IMG/VR virus record: IMGVR_UViG_3300009068_004979
Source of the DNA: a virus
Length of the DNA: 64,000 bases
Strand: one strand, 5' to 3'
Of this stretch, positions 18,773-28,870 are shown piece after piece. Numbering within the stretch: the stretch's first letter is position 1; every line of letters begins with the position of its first letter. The notes beneath the pieces were generated by a model. It had not been told where the DNA came from, did no database searches, and worked only from the letters and a program-made list of their open reading frames with translations. The position numbers and the translations under genes are program-made.

Positions 18773-19716
18773 AAAACACAGTACTTATCACCGGCGGAGC
18801 CGGCTACATTGGAACAAAGTTAGTTCAAAAACTAGCAACACTAGATAGCGTAAAAAAGGTTATTGTTTATGATAATCTTATGTATAAACAAGATGGGCTG
18901 TTTCCGTTTCTTTGCGATCCAAAAATTGAGTTTGTTTATGGCGATGTCAGAGAAGAAAAAAAGCTTGAGAAGCTTGTTCAAGAAGCTGATGTCATTATAC
19001 CATTAGCAGCCATAGTAGGATTTCCTGCTTGTGCCAAAGACCCTGATACAGCTAATAAAATTAATAACCTGCACGTTCAGCTTATCGTAAATAAAGCTCG
19101 TAAAGATACAAAAATAATCTATCCCAATACAAACAGCGGATATGGCGTTGGTGAGGATGGTGTATATTGTACAGAGAAAACACCTTTGAATCCTATTTCA
19201 GTCTACGGTGTAACAAAATGTGCAGCAGAAAAAAGCGTACTCGATACTGGCGGTGTATCCTTTAGACTTGCTACCGTATTTGGTGTATCGCCTCGCTTCA
19301 GAAAAGATTTATTGGTTAATAATTTTGTGCTCAAAGCTCTCACTGATCGGTATGTTGTACTTTTTGAAAGTCATTTTAAGCGAAACTATATCCATGTAAA
19401 TGATGTTGTTAAAGCATTTATAACAATGATCGACCAATATGATCAGCACCGTGGTGAGCCGTTCAATGTTGGCCTCTCCACTGCAAACCTTTCCAAACTC
19501 GAGCTTTGTGAAAAAATTAAACAATATATTCCTGATTTTGTTATTACAACTAATGAATTTAGTCGAGATCTAGATAAACGAAACTACATTGTGAGTAACG
19601 ATAAGCTAGAAGCAACAGGCTGGATTCCTGACTGTGACCTAGATTATGGAATTCAAGAATTGATCAAAGCGTATCCTGTATTAATTAATACAGATACAAA
19701 ATATACAAATTTATGA
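18769..19716 (+). CDS. NAD-dependent sugar epimerase/dehydratase (extended SDR)
   Basis: TGGAGYIG, YGVTK. Confidence 0.9.
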   Translation: MKNTVLITGGAGYIGTKLVQKLATLDSVKKVIVYDNLMYKQDGLFPFLCDPKIEFVYGDVREEKKLEKLVQEADVIIPLAAIVGFPACAKDPDTANKINNLHVQLIVNKARKDTKIIYPNTNSGYGVGEDGVYCTEKTPLNPISVYGVTKCAAEKSVLDTGGVSFRLATVFGVSPRFRKDLLVNNFVLKALTDRYVVLFESHFKRNYIHVNDVVKAFITMIDQYDQHRGEPFNVGLSTANLSKLELCEKIKQYIPDFVITTNEFSRDLDKRNYIVSNDKLEATGWIPDCDLDYGIQELIKAYPVLINTDTKYTNL

Positions 19717-21233
19717 GTAAAATTGACGTTCTTTTTGTTGAAACAAATAATTCTAAAGAAGCATATCAGGCATTAGCTGATACATATGCAGCTATTGAAA
19801 CACCAACATGGAGTCTGCTTCTTGCTCAAAGCTGCAGATCTGTTGGCTATAAGGTAGCTATTCTCGATGCAAATGCAGAACGCTTAACTGATGATCAAAC
19901 TGTTGCAAGAATTGCAGAGCACGATCCACGTCTCGTTGTGCTTGTAATGTATGGGCAGAATCCTAATTCAGGTACTACTAGCATGATTGGTGCATATAGA
20001 GTTAGTGGTAAGCTCAAAGCTACATATCCGCAATATCCGGTGTGCATGGTAGGATCTCATGTGAGTGCATTACCTGAAGAAGTAGGATCCAAACCTCAAG
20101 TAGATTTTATTCTTCTAAACGAAGGTGTATATGCGCTACGCAATCTACTTAAAACGAATTTTAAAGATAATCTTGATAAAGTTAACGGTATTGGCTGGAA
20201 GCTGCAAGGAAATCTTATTTTGAATCCACCAGAATTTGTTGTACCACAAGACAGAATGGATATTGATCTCCCCGGATATGCATGGGATTTGTTACCCTAT
20301 AAAAACAAACCGTTTGATCTTTACCGTGCACACTTCTGGCATACAAACTTTACACATGAAACACGCACACCATTTGCAGCTATCTATACCAGCCTAGGCT
20401 GTAGATTTGGTTGTGACTTCTGCATGATAAATATTCTTAATCGTAATAGTAACGAACCCGGTAGAGTTTCTTCTGATAGTAAGGTTATGCGCTTCTGGTC
20501 ACCGGGGTTCATTCTTAAAGAATTTGAAAAGCTCGCCTCTTATGGTGTTGAAACCGTGCGCATTTCCGATGAAATGTTCTTTCTCGATAAGCGCTATTTT
20601 GAACCATTACTCAATGGTATTATTAGCAAAGGCCTTAAATTTAATATGTGGTCATACTCTAGAATTGATACCGTTAGACCACAGTATCTAGAGTTATTTA
20701 AAAAAGCCGGTATTAATTGGCTTGCTCTCGGTGTTGAAGCTGCAAACCAAGATATTCGTTTCGAAATAAGTAAAGGATCGTTTAAGAATATTAATATCAG
20801 ACAAATTGTAAATGATATTTCTCAGTATGATATTAATATTATTAGCAATTACATCTTCGGCTTCCCAAGTGATACAATTGAAACAATGCAGCAAACACTA
20901 GATCTTGCTCTTGAGTTGAATACAGAAACAGCAAACATGTATCCTTGCCAAGCTCTACCAGGAAGCCCGTTGCATCGTACAGCTAAAGAAAAAGGCTGGA
21001 AGCTTCCTGATTCACCAGAAGGGTATGCTTTCTTGAGTTATGAGAGTGAACCACTGCCAACTAATCACTGTACAAGCGCTGAAGTAGTCGCATTTCGAGA
21101 TGCTGCTTGGCAGAAATATTTTACCAGTCCTGCATATCTTGAACTAGTAGAGCGTAAATTCGGTCAGCAGCAGAGATTAAATGTTGAAGATATGGCTCGA
21201 GTGCCTCTCAAGAGAAAAGTATTAGGGCATTAA
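19713..21233 (+). CDS. B12-binding radical SAM enzyme (class B methyltransferase-like)
   Basis: N-terminal cobalamin-binding-like domain; GCRFGCDFC; GVEA; IFGFP. Confidence 0.88.
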   Translation: MSKIDVLFVETNNSKEAYQALADTYAAIETPTWSLLLAQSCRSVGYKVAILDANAERLTDDQTVARIAEHDPRLVVLVMYGQNPNSGTTSMIGAYRVSGKLKATYPQYPVCMVGSHVSALPEEVGSKPQVDFILLNEGVYALRNLLKTNFKDNLDKVNGIGWKLQGNLILNPPEFVVPQDRMDIDLPGYAWDLLPYKNKPFDLYRAHFWHTNFTHETRTPFAAIYTSLGCRFGCDFCMINILNRNSNEPGRVSSDSKVMRFWSPGFILKEFEKLASYGVETVRISDEMFFLDKRYFEPLLNGIISKGLKFNMWSYSRIDTVRPQYLELFKKAGINWLALGVEAANQDIRFEISKGSFKNINIRQIVNDISQYDINIISNYIFGFPSDTIETMQQTLDLALELNTETANMYPCQALPGSPLHRTAKEKGWKLPDSPEGYAFLSYESEPLPTNHCTSAEVVAFRDAAWQKYFTSPAYLELVERKFGQQQRLNVEDMARVPLKRKVLGH

Positions 21234-21916
21234 TGCTAGGCATTATTGCTGCTATGGATACCGAGGCATCCGGTATTCTTGAGATATTAAAAGAAAAAAA
21301 GCATAATATTATTGGAAGCAAGAACGTTTATTCTGGTAAAATAAACGAAAAACCAGTAGCTGTCTTTATAAGTGGATGTGGAAAAGTAAATGCTGCATTT
21401 AGTACAACAATATTATTAACACAGAGCACAATAAAAAATGTTGTAATGATAGGGGTCGCCGGTGCACTTAAAAATAATTTAAATATAGGCGATATTATAA
21501 TTGGCAATTCTTTTGTACAGCACGATATGGATGCCCGTCCCCTTTGCAAGAGATTTGAGATTCCATATGAAAAAGAGAGTATCTTTTATGCAGATAATAC
21601 CCTACATCAAGCAATATACAGTGCTGCAGAAAAAACTGGCAGAAAAACTATAAGCGGGCAGATTGCCTCTGGTGATTTATTCCTTTCAAATATTACCCAG
21701 AAAAAAGAATTAACAACCGAGCTTGGAGATGCTTTATGTGTTGACATGGAGACTGCAGCAGTTGCGCAAGCCTGCAAATTTGCCAATATACCCTTTGGAG
21801 CTGCAAGAATAATATCAGATGCAGCAGACAACAGCGCACATATTGATTTTAATGTATTTGTAAAAGAAACAGCATCAGTTGCTTGTGCAGAAATTATAAA
21901 AAATCTGTTAACATAG
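21233..21916 (+). CDS. mtnN: 5'-methylthioadenosine/S-adenosylhomocysteine nucleosidase
   Basis: GIIAAM..E, GKVNAA, SGDLF, DMETAAVA, RIISD. Confidence 0.92.
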   Translation: MLGIIAAMDTEASGILEILKEKKHNIIGSKNVYSGKINEKPVAVFISGCGKVNAAFSTTILLTQSTIKNVVMIGVAGALKNNLNIGDIIIGNSFVQHDMDARPLCKRFEIPYEKESIFYADNTLHQAIYSAAEKTGRKTISGQIASGDLFLSNITQKKELTTELGDALCVDMETAAVAQACKFANIPFGAARIISDAADNSAHIDFNVFVKETASVACAEIIKNLLT

Positions 21917-21961
21917 TTTATTTTAACAAGTTGAATTGCAAGAAAAATAGACTATAATATT

Positions 21962-22576
21962 ATGAGTATTATGAGTCTGACTAAACAAGATCTTATTTCG
22001 TTTGAGGAAGATATTGCTAACGAATTTAATAATAAAAAGATACAAGCACCTGTTCACTTGTACTACGGTAACGAAGATCAAATTATTGATGTTTTCAAAA
22101 AGATTAGACCGCAAGACTGGGTCCTTTGTACTTGGCGCTCTCACTATCAGTGCCTACTCAAAGGTGTCCCGCCAGAAGAAGTAAAAAGCGAGATCATGTC
22201 TGGCAGATCTATTACACTTTGCTTTCCAGAATATAAGATATTTTCCTCTGCTATAGTAACAGGCGTAATACCCATTGGTGTTGGCCTGGCCATGGCCGCT
22301 AAACGTTTAAATAAAGATCAAAAAGTTTATGTGTTTGTCGGTGAAATGACTTCTGAAACAGGCAGCATGCATGAATGTGTAAAATATAGCATCAATCATG
22401 AATTACCCATTCATTTTGTTGTTGAAGACAATGGTAAATCTGTTTGTACTGATACACGAGAGACTTGGAAGATGAACACCTTAACATATGAGAATGCTTC
22501 TTCAGATTATATAACATACTATAAATACGAAACCAAATACCCGCATGCAGGAGCAGGACAAAGAGTACAATTTTAA
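21962..22576 (+). CDS. TPP-dependent enzyme, short E1-alpha-like subunit
   Basis: PVHL..GNE, TWRSHY, GEMTSETG...VVEDN. Confidence 0.82.
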   Translation: MSIMSLTKQDLISFEEDIANEFNNKKIQAPVHLYYGNEDQIIDVFKKIRPQDWVLCTWRSHYQCLLKGVPPEEVKSEIMSGRSITLCFPEYKIFSSAIVTGVIPIGVGLAMAAKRLNKDQKVYVFVGEMTSETGSMHECVKYSINHELPIHFVVEDNGKSVCTDTRETWKMNTLTYENASSDYITYYKYETKYPHAGAGQRVQF

Positions 22577-22577
22577 T

Positions 22578-23114
22578 ATGAAATATTTTGACGAACTAAA
22601 ACGCTCTATGGAGTATCTTGCTTCTTATGAATCTGTAGTATTCCTGGGTCAAGCAGTGAAGGTTGCAGGTACAGGCATGAGCAATACTCTTAAAGATGTT
22701 TCTCAAGATAAACGAATAGAGTTGCCTGTTTGTGAGGATATGCAAATGGGAATAACGAACGGATTAGCAATGAATGGGTTTATTCCAGTTACATTATTTC
22801 CTAGATGGAACTTTCTCATGCTAGCAACAAATCAAATCGTAAATCATCTTGATAAAATTCCTATTATGACACAACATAGGGTTGAACCTAAAGTTATAAT
22901 TAGAACATCTGTAGGATCAGAGAGACCCTTACATCCGCAGCATCAGCACGTTGGTGACTTTACTGAAGGCTACAGAAAATTGCTTACCAATATTGAAGTT
23001 CTAAGATTAGAAGAACCAGATGAAATATTTCCAGCTTATCAAAGAGCCTTGCACCGCGAAGATGGTAAGTGTACAATATTGGTAGAATATGGAGACTATT
23101 ACAATGAAAAATAA
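22578..23114 (+). CDS. TPP-dependent enzyme, short E1-beta/transketolase pyrimidine-binding subunit
   Basis: FLGQAV, ELPVCE..QMG, NQIVNH, PQH. Confidence 0.8.
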   Translation: MKYFDELKRSMEYLASYESVVFLGQAVKVAGTGMSNTLKDVSQDKRIELPVCEDMQMGITNGLAMNGFIPVTLFPRWNFLMLATNQIVNHLDKIPIMTQHRVEPKVIIRTSVGSERPLHPQHQHVGDFTEGYRKLLTNIEVLRLEEPDEIFPAYQRALHREDGKCTILVEYGDYYNEK

Positions 23115-24285
23115 TATTATTGATCTGCCACTAATGGTAGAAAATGTAGATAAGTCAGATATTAAAGAAGTTATTAAATTTCTTGACCAGGATAATATAC
23201 CGATTCTTACCAACGGACCAAAAGTAAAAGAGTTTGAAGCTGCTTGGTCAAAATGGCTTGGTGTAAAACATAGTGTATTTATTAATTCCGGAAGTGCGGC
23301 AAACGAGCTAACAATGTTAGCACTAAAATATCTCTATGGTGAAGGGGAAATTATTGTACCACCTCTTACCTGGGTTTCAGATATTAATTCTGTTTTGTTT
23401 AGCGGTCATAAGTTGGTATTCTGTGATATTAATCTACACAATTTGTCCTTTGATCTCGATAAACTCAAAAAGCTTGTAAACGACAAGACACGCGCTATAT
23501 TTTTAACACATGTACTGGGTATAAACGGTCTTACAGATGAGTTACTCGCTCTTTGCAAAGAGAAAAATATTCACCTCATTGAAGATGTATGTGAATCACA
23601 CGGTACAACGTTCAAGGGACAAAAAGTAGGCAGCATTGGATATGCTAGTAATTTTAGTTTTTATTTTGCACATCACATGAGTACAATTGAAGGTGGTGTT
23701 GTATGCACAAATGATGATAAACTATATCAAGTGGTCCGCGCGCTTCGATCACATGGAATGGTTCGTGAATGTACAGATGTAGATTTTAAAGAGCATATTA
23801 TTAAAGAAAATCCTGCTTTAAATAAAGATTTTATATTCATTGGACCAGCTCATAATTTCAGGAGCACAGAAATTAATGCTGTTATTGGATTAAATCAAAT
23901 TAAACGTCTAGATAATAATAATTTAAAACGTGTAGATAATTTTAATTATTTTATAAAACAATTAGACTCAAGCAAATATATAACTGATTTTAATATTGAA
24001 GGGCAATGCAATTATGCGTTTATAGTTGTTCTCAAAGAACCAAGCTTTGAGTTGCGCGACAAGATTGAAGCAACCCTGCGTGAAGCAAAAGTTGAATTTA
24101 GAAGAGGTTTATCTGGCGGCGGCAATCAAACACTGCAGCCTTATATTAGTAAAAATTTTAAAATTGATCAAAATAATTTTCCTAACGTCAATCACGTGCA
24201 TCACTTTGGCTGGTATATTGGTAATTACCCAACGCTCGAAAGAAACAAGATTGATCAGCTCTTGCAGCTTTTAAATAACACGTGA
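23104..24285 (+). CDS. DegT/DnrJ/EryC1/StrS PLP enzyme (ColD/RfbH-like)
   Basis: FEAAW, NSGSAAN, EDVCESHG, SFYFAHHMSTIEGG; His at the usual Lys position suggests a dehydratase type. Confidence 0.85.
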   Translation: MKNNIIDLPLMVENVDKSDIKEVIKFLDQDNIPILTNGPKVKEFEAAWSKWLGVKHSVFINSGSAANELTMLALKYLYGEGEIIVPPLTWVSDINSVLFSGHKLVFCDINLHNLSFDLDKLKKLVNDKTRAIFLTHVLGINGLTDELLALCKEKNIHLIEDVCESHGTTFKGQKVGSIGYASNFSFYFAHHMSTIEGGVVCTNDDKLYQVVRALRSHGMVRECTDVDFKEHIIKENPALNKDFIFIGPAHNFRSTEINAVIGLNQIKRLDNNNLKRVDNFNYFIKQLDSSKYITDFNIEGQCNYAFIVVLKEPSFELRDKIEATLREAKVEFRRGLSGGGNQTLQPYISKNFKIDQNNFPNVNHVHHFGWYIGNYPTLERNKIDQLLQLLNNT

Positions 24286-25220
24286 TGAACAAATATTTAG
24301 TTGTCTTTAATATTTGTGAAATTGGAAGAGAAAACAGTGAATGGTATATTCAATGCCTCAACAATTTACTAAAACAAACCTACAATAAGTTTCATATTGT
24401 TGTAAGCGGTTGTCGTGTTACGGAAAATACAAAGAAGAAATTACGAGAAAAATTTGGTAATAAGCTCTCTTACTATTATACCGATCATTTCTTAGCAGTA
24501 AATATTACTTTTAATAAAGCTGTTCTTGAATGCGTCAAACATTATGGGGAATTCAGCGGCTACATATATATCGATTCAGGTATCGATACTGAATCTAATT
24601 TCAATATCATCGAAGAAATTGACAAGCGATTTTCTACAAATAAATTTGGAATGATATCATTACAAACTGATACAGATCATGGCCATCACTGGTTTCTACC
24701 AGCAAATATACAGGATCCCTACATCAGAAAACAAGACTTTATTATTCCTGTAGGCCGATGTGTACACCTACACTTTCAATGCTTCCATAATGATATACTC
24801 AAAACATATGGTCGTATTCTTCCTGATATCTTTATTGCATATTGTACTGAATCAGTGCTCTCATTTCTAAATGCAGGTATTAATAAGCAGTGGTGCATAG
24901 TAAAAGATATTATCTTAACACACAAGAAATCTGCTGATGGTGCTACTTTGAGCTATGATCATACCGGACCGAGAGGTCAACACTGGAATAACCTCTACGG
25001 TGGAATGGATATGATGAACATATTAAATGATCCAAAAGCTATGGAATATGGATTTGGGTATGAAGAAATAACAGGTGTACTGAATCACAATCCGGATCTG
25101 TATACGTCAGAAGGGTATGCCAAAAGACCAGAATTAAAAACATTTCTAAAAGACAATCTCTTTTTACAGCCAGACAGACTAGACTACAATTCTATTTTAG
25201 ACGAATTTATAACAGTTTAA
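24285..25220 (+). CDS. Putative glycosyltransferase (GT-A-like)
   Basis: CLNNLLKQTY, YIDSG; glycan-island context. Confidence 0.5.
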   Translation: MNKYLVVFNICEIGRENSEWYIQCLNNLLKQTYNKFHIVVSGCRVTENTKKKLREKFGNKLSYYYTDHFLAVNITFNKAVLECVKHYGEFSGYIYIDSGIDTESNFNIIEEIDKRFSTNKFGMISLQTDTDHGHHWFLPANIQDPYIRKQDFIIPVGRCVHLHFQCFHNDILKTYGRILPDIFIAYCTESVLSFLNAGINKQWCIVKDIILTHKKSADGATLSYDHTGPRGQHWNNLYGGMDMMNILNDPKAMEYGFGYEEITGVLNHNPDLYTSEGYAKRPELKTFLKDNLFLQPDRLDYNSILDEFITV

Positions 25221-25250
25221 AAATTAAGATTACGGATTAATTATTCTTGT

Positions 25251-26006
25251 ATGCAGGAAAAAAAGCCAATTCTTATTATTGGCGATTCATGTAAAGATAT
25301 CTTTGTCTATTGCCATTGTGAAAGATTATGCCCTGAAGCACCTGTCCCTGTGCTCGATATAGTCTCCACGAAAGAAAATGGCGGCATGGCAATGAATGTA
25401 TTTGCAAATTTAAAAAAAATAAAACCAAATACTGTCATAATGACAAACGATAATTGGAATAGAGTTACAAAAACTAGATACGTAGATGTTGTTACAAATC
25501 AAATGTTTGTTAGAATTGATAATACAGTAAAAACTGAAAATAATTTTAATAGCATAAGAAACAAAATTGACTTTAATGATTTTAGTGCTGTAATAATAAG
25601 CGATTATAATAAGGGGTTTATATCAGAAAAAGATATTGAATTTATTACAAAAAAACATAAACTCACCTTTCTTGATACCAAGAAAGTTATAGGAACTTGG
25701 GCTAATAAGGTAACATTTATTAAAATTAATAGAAAAGAATACGGACTCTCAAAAGATTTTTTTAATAAAAATAAAAAAATAAAAGACAAAGTTATTAAAA
25801 CAATAGGTGATCAAGGCACCGAGTATAGAGGTGCAATTTACGGTGTTAGCAAGGTTGAAGTAAAAGATCTTTCTGGAGCCGGAGATACATTTCTCGCCGG
25901 ATTAGTTGCAAAATATATTGACACAAAAGATATTGTAAAAGCTATTGAATTTGCAAATGAATGCTCTACTATAGTGGTACAGAAGAAAGGTGTATCGACA
26001 TTATGA
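25251..26006 (+). CDS. PfkB-family sugar kinase, RfaE/HldE domain I-like
   Basis: RLCPEAPVPV, GGMAMNV, SDYNKG, DLSGAGDTF. Confidence 0.88.
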   Translation: MQEKKPILIIGDSCKDIFVYCHCERLCPEAPVPVLDIVSTKENGGMAMNVFANLKKIKPNTVIMTNDNWNRVTKTRYVDVVTNQMFVRIDNTVKTENNFNSIRNKIDFNDFSAVIISDYNKGFISEKDIEFITKKHKLTFLDTKKVIGTWANKVTFIKINRKEYGLSKDFFNKNKKIKDKVIKTIGDQGTEYRGAIYGVSKVEVKDLSGAGDTFLAGLVAKYIDTKDIVKAIEFANECSTIVVQKKGVSTL

Positions 26007-26695
26007 AAATCTCTATTATTGTACCTACTCGCAACCGACCACAAAATGTACAGAATATTTGCAAATCGGTAGCCGATACAGCATCAGGATTCTATGATAT
26101 TGAACTGGTTTTTTACGTAGACCGCGATGACACGGATACTATCAACCTATTCAAAGACCCTGATGCAGCTAAAAAATTAAATGTTAATGCTAGTGTTGTA
26201 TTAGGTGATAGAGTTAAACTCGGTCAGACGTACAATAAAGCATACGCTAAAACAACCGGTGATATTATCATGTATGCAGCAGATGACGTTTATTTTGGTA
26301 CGAAAAATTGGGATTTTCTTGTTGTTGATGAATTTAAACATTTCAAAGATCAAATTTGCTTAGTCTTTGGATACGATGGAATTCAACCCAAGGGATCACT
26401 CGCTACACATGGCTTTATTAGTAGAAAATCAATTGATGCGCTCGGGTATGTTCATCCAGGTGATTTTGGATATAATTACGCTGACAACTGGATGACAGAA
26501 ATATATCGTCAGATTAACAGACTCCGCTATCTTCCTATTTATACGGAACATCGTCACTGGGGCGTAGGCAAAGCGACGTATGATGATACCTATCGGCTCG
26601 GCTCTGATGCGCCACATAAAGAAAGTATTACCTTGTGGGAAGACAAACCAAGATTGTATACCGACATTGAAAAACTTCGTAAGCTTATTATATAA
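26003..26695 (+). CDS. Glycosyltransferase family 2
   Basis: SIIVPTRNRP, ADD, YADNW; ATGA overlap with the kinase. Confidence 0.8.
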   Translation: MKISIIVPTRNRPQNVQNICKSVADTASGFYDIELVFYVDRDDTDTINLFKDPDAAKKLNVNASVVLGDRVKLGQTYNKAYAKTTGDIIMYAADDVYFGTKNWDFLVVDEFKHFKDQICLVFGYDGIQPKGSLATHGFISRKSIDALGYVHPGDFGYNYADNWMTEIYRQINRLRYLPIYTEHRHWGVGKATYDDTYRLGSDAPHKESITLWEDKPRLYTDIEKLRKLII

Positions 26696-26704
26696 TTTTA
26701 GAGA

Positions 26705-27637
26705 ATGAAACTCTTTATATATCCCCAAGCCTCGCCTCATGTGCATGATAATATACCCAAGCTTATAGGCTGTGTGCCTCTAAGTAAAGATGGTATTGCA
26801 CGTCATTTTGAAGTGATCACTGACCCAAAGCAAGCAGATTATTACTATATGGGACAAATAAGAGAAGACAGCAAAGTACCTCTATTTAAATCTACAGGTG
26901 AAGAATTTGAATTTTATAAAGGGAATGAAAGCCGACATATTGCAGATATGGAAGGAGAAGGGGGATGGGAAATACCCAGCTGGCTTCATAACTGTATTCT
27001 CACAACCATGGGCCCGCTCAAGCGGTTTAATATAAAAAGGCTCTTTACAAGACCTACATTTTCGACATTAATGATTGACCTTGTTAAGGACAATCGTAAG
27101 TTTGACTTCCCTGAAAAAAGAGCTTTTGGCTTTCGTGGATTAATTAATCATAATATACGTTCAAATCTATATCAAGCTATTCAAGAGCCTATCCTCGATG
27201 AAATGAAAGTGAGCCGTGAAGTGTATACTAATAATTGTTGGTCAGGGTCAGTTCCTTCAGGTCACGAGATACAACGCATTTATGAGGAATTAATGCTTAA
27301 GCATCCCCTCTCTCTTTGCCCTCGTGGAGCTGGAATCGATACAACACGAATTATTGAAACATGTTTTTACACACGAGTACCAGTAATTATAACAGATGAA
27401 GATTTTCATCTTGTAGGTGAAGATAGCCATGATATGAGCTTCTGCTTCAGAATCGTTGGCAATATGACACCAAAGGCTCTTGCAGAAGAACTTATTAAAG
27501 TTTATAACACAGATATGCACGAACTTAAAGATAGAGCGAATGCTGCGAGAAATTATTTCGATGTAGTAATAAAAAAATATTTCGAAGACCCAACACTTTA
27601 TTTCTTAAACTGGTTAAACAAAAATGAATCCAAGTAA
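26705..27637 (+). CDS. Exostosin/GT47-like glycosyltransferase
   Basis: FRG...IR, LCPRGAG..TTRIIE...VPVII. Confidence 0.75.
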   Translation: MKLFIYPQASPHVHDNIPKLIGCVPLSKDGIARHFEVITDPKQADYYYMGQIREDSKVPLFKSTGEEFEFYKGNESRHIADMEGEGGWEIPSWLHNCILTTMGPLKRFNIKRLFTRPTFSTLMIDLVKDNRKFDFPEKRAFGFRGLINHNIRSNLYQAIQEPILDEMKVSREVYTNNCWSGSVPSGHEIQRIYEELMLKHPLSLCPRGAGIDTTRIIETCFYTRVPVIITDEDFHLVGEDSHDMSFCFRIVGNMTPKALAEELIKVYNTDMHELKDRANAARNYFDVVIKKYFEDPTLYFLNWLNKNESK

Positions 27638-28829
27638 TATCTTTAATCCCCAAGCAAAAATTTATGCTAATGCCGACAGAGCATTAGATTTTTTTGAAAA
27701 TAAAAACCCTGCACCCGTATTAGTTGAGATTGACCCGAGTAATACTTGCAATCACGGATGTTATTTTTGTATATCATCATATATACATTTGCCTGAGTCA
27801 AAGCACTTAGAAACATACGATAAAACCGTTATGCCACGAGAAATCCTTCTCCAAACATGTAAGGATTTTATAGATATGGGAGTCCGCGCAATAAACTGGA
27901 CTGGTGGCGGCGAACCCACCATAAATCGCCATCTTAAAGAAGCCATTGAATATATTGGAAAAAATTCAGATATTAAGATGGGAATCTTTACTAACGGTAC
28001 TCTCCTTGACAAGTGGGATCTCTTTGATACTATGACGGAGTATATGACTTGGGTTAGATTTTCTATTGACGCCGGTACACCAGAAAAATATAATAGTGTA
28101 CGTAGAACAAAACCAAATCAGGGATGGGATAAAATGATGCAGAATCTTTCGAAACTTATACAATCGAATAATAGTAAAAATAGAAAAATTCAAATTGGCA
28201 CAGGGTTTGTAATTACACCTGATTCGTATAAAGAAATTGTAGACTTTGCAAATAACTTTGCAGCTTTAGATATTGATTATTGTCAATATAAGCCTGAAAT
28301 AGTTAATAGAGAAAGAGAGGACGGGGTACAGAGAGATCTTGAATTTTGGCAAAACGAAGTCGAGCCACGATTAAATGAAGCTAAGCAAATACTTGGTGAT
28401 AAGTTTCAGATTAACGGGTATAAATTAACAGATCTAATTAAAGATCGTTCATCGTTTGGACGAACTTATAAAAAATGCTTAGGGTCCCAGCTACAACCAT
28501 GTGTAGGTGCCGATGGTGAGGTATATGTTTGCACTAATCACCGCGGATATAAACAATATAGCTATGGCTCCCTTCATACAAAAACATTTAAAGAGATTTG
28601 GGATGATATACTCAAGCGCCAGCAAGTAATGAATCAAATTGAAACAGTAGAGTGCTTTAAGAATTGCACGAAACTCTGCAAACCCCATGAGAGTAATAAA
28701 GCCATGTGGGATATACATGAAAACTTAGCAACTGCTACTAACGATGAAAGTAAAAACAAGTATAAAGCAACACTGCTTGCTAATATAGAAGGTATTAAAT
28801 CAAATATAACGCATAGTGAATTTATTTAA
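27624..28829 (+). CDS. Radical SAM protein with SPASM/twitch domain
   Basis: CNHGCYFC, TGGGEP, C-terminal C...GEVYVC...C..C...C. Confidence 0.88.
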   Translation: MNPSNIFNPQAKIYANADRALDFFENKNPAPVLVEIDPSNTCNHGCYFCISSYIHLPESKHLETYDKTVMPREILLQTCKDFIDMGVRAINWTGGGEPTINRHLKEAIEYIGKNSDIKMGIFTNGTLLDKWDLFDTMTEYMTWVRFSIDAGTPEKYNSVRRTKPNQGWDKMMQNLSKLIQSNNSKNRKIQIGTGFVITPDSYKEIVDFANNFAALDIDYCQYKPEIVNREREDGVQRDLEFWQNEVEPRLNEAKQILGDKFQINGYKLTDLIKDRSSFGRTYKKCLGSQLQPCVGADGEVYVCTNHRGYKQYSYGSLHTKTFKEIWDDILKRQQVMNQIETVECFKNCTKLCKPHESNKAMWDIHENLATATNDESKNKYKATLLANIEGIKSNITHSEFI

Positions 28830-28870
28830 ATTTTGCTTGAATAATTAAAAATCGAGTATATCATTCACTT

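Noticed and set aside
21962-23114. Pyruvate dehydrogenase auxiliary metabolic genes
   Set aside because: Truncated subunits, no E2/E3, embedded in an NDP-sugar locus
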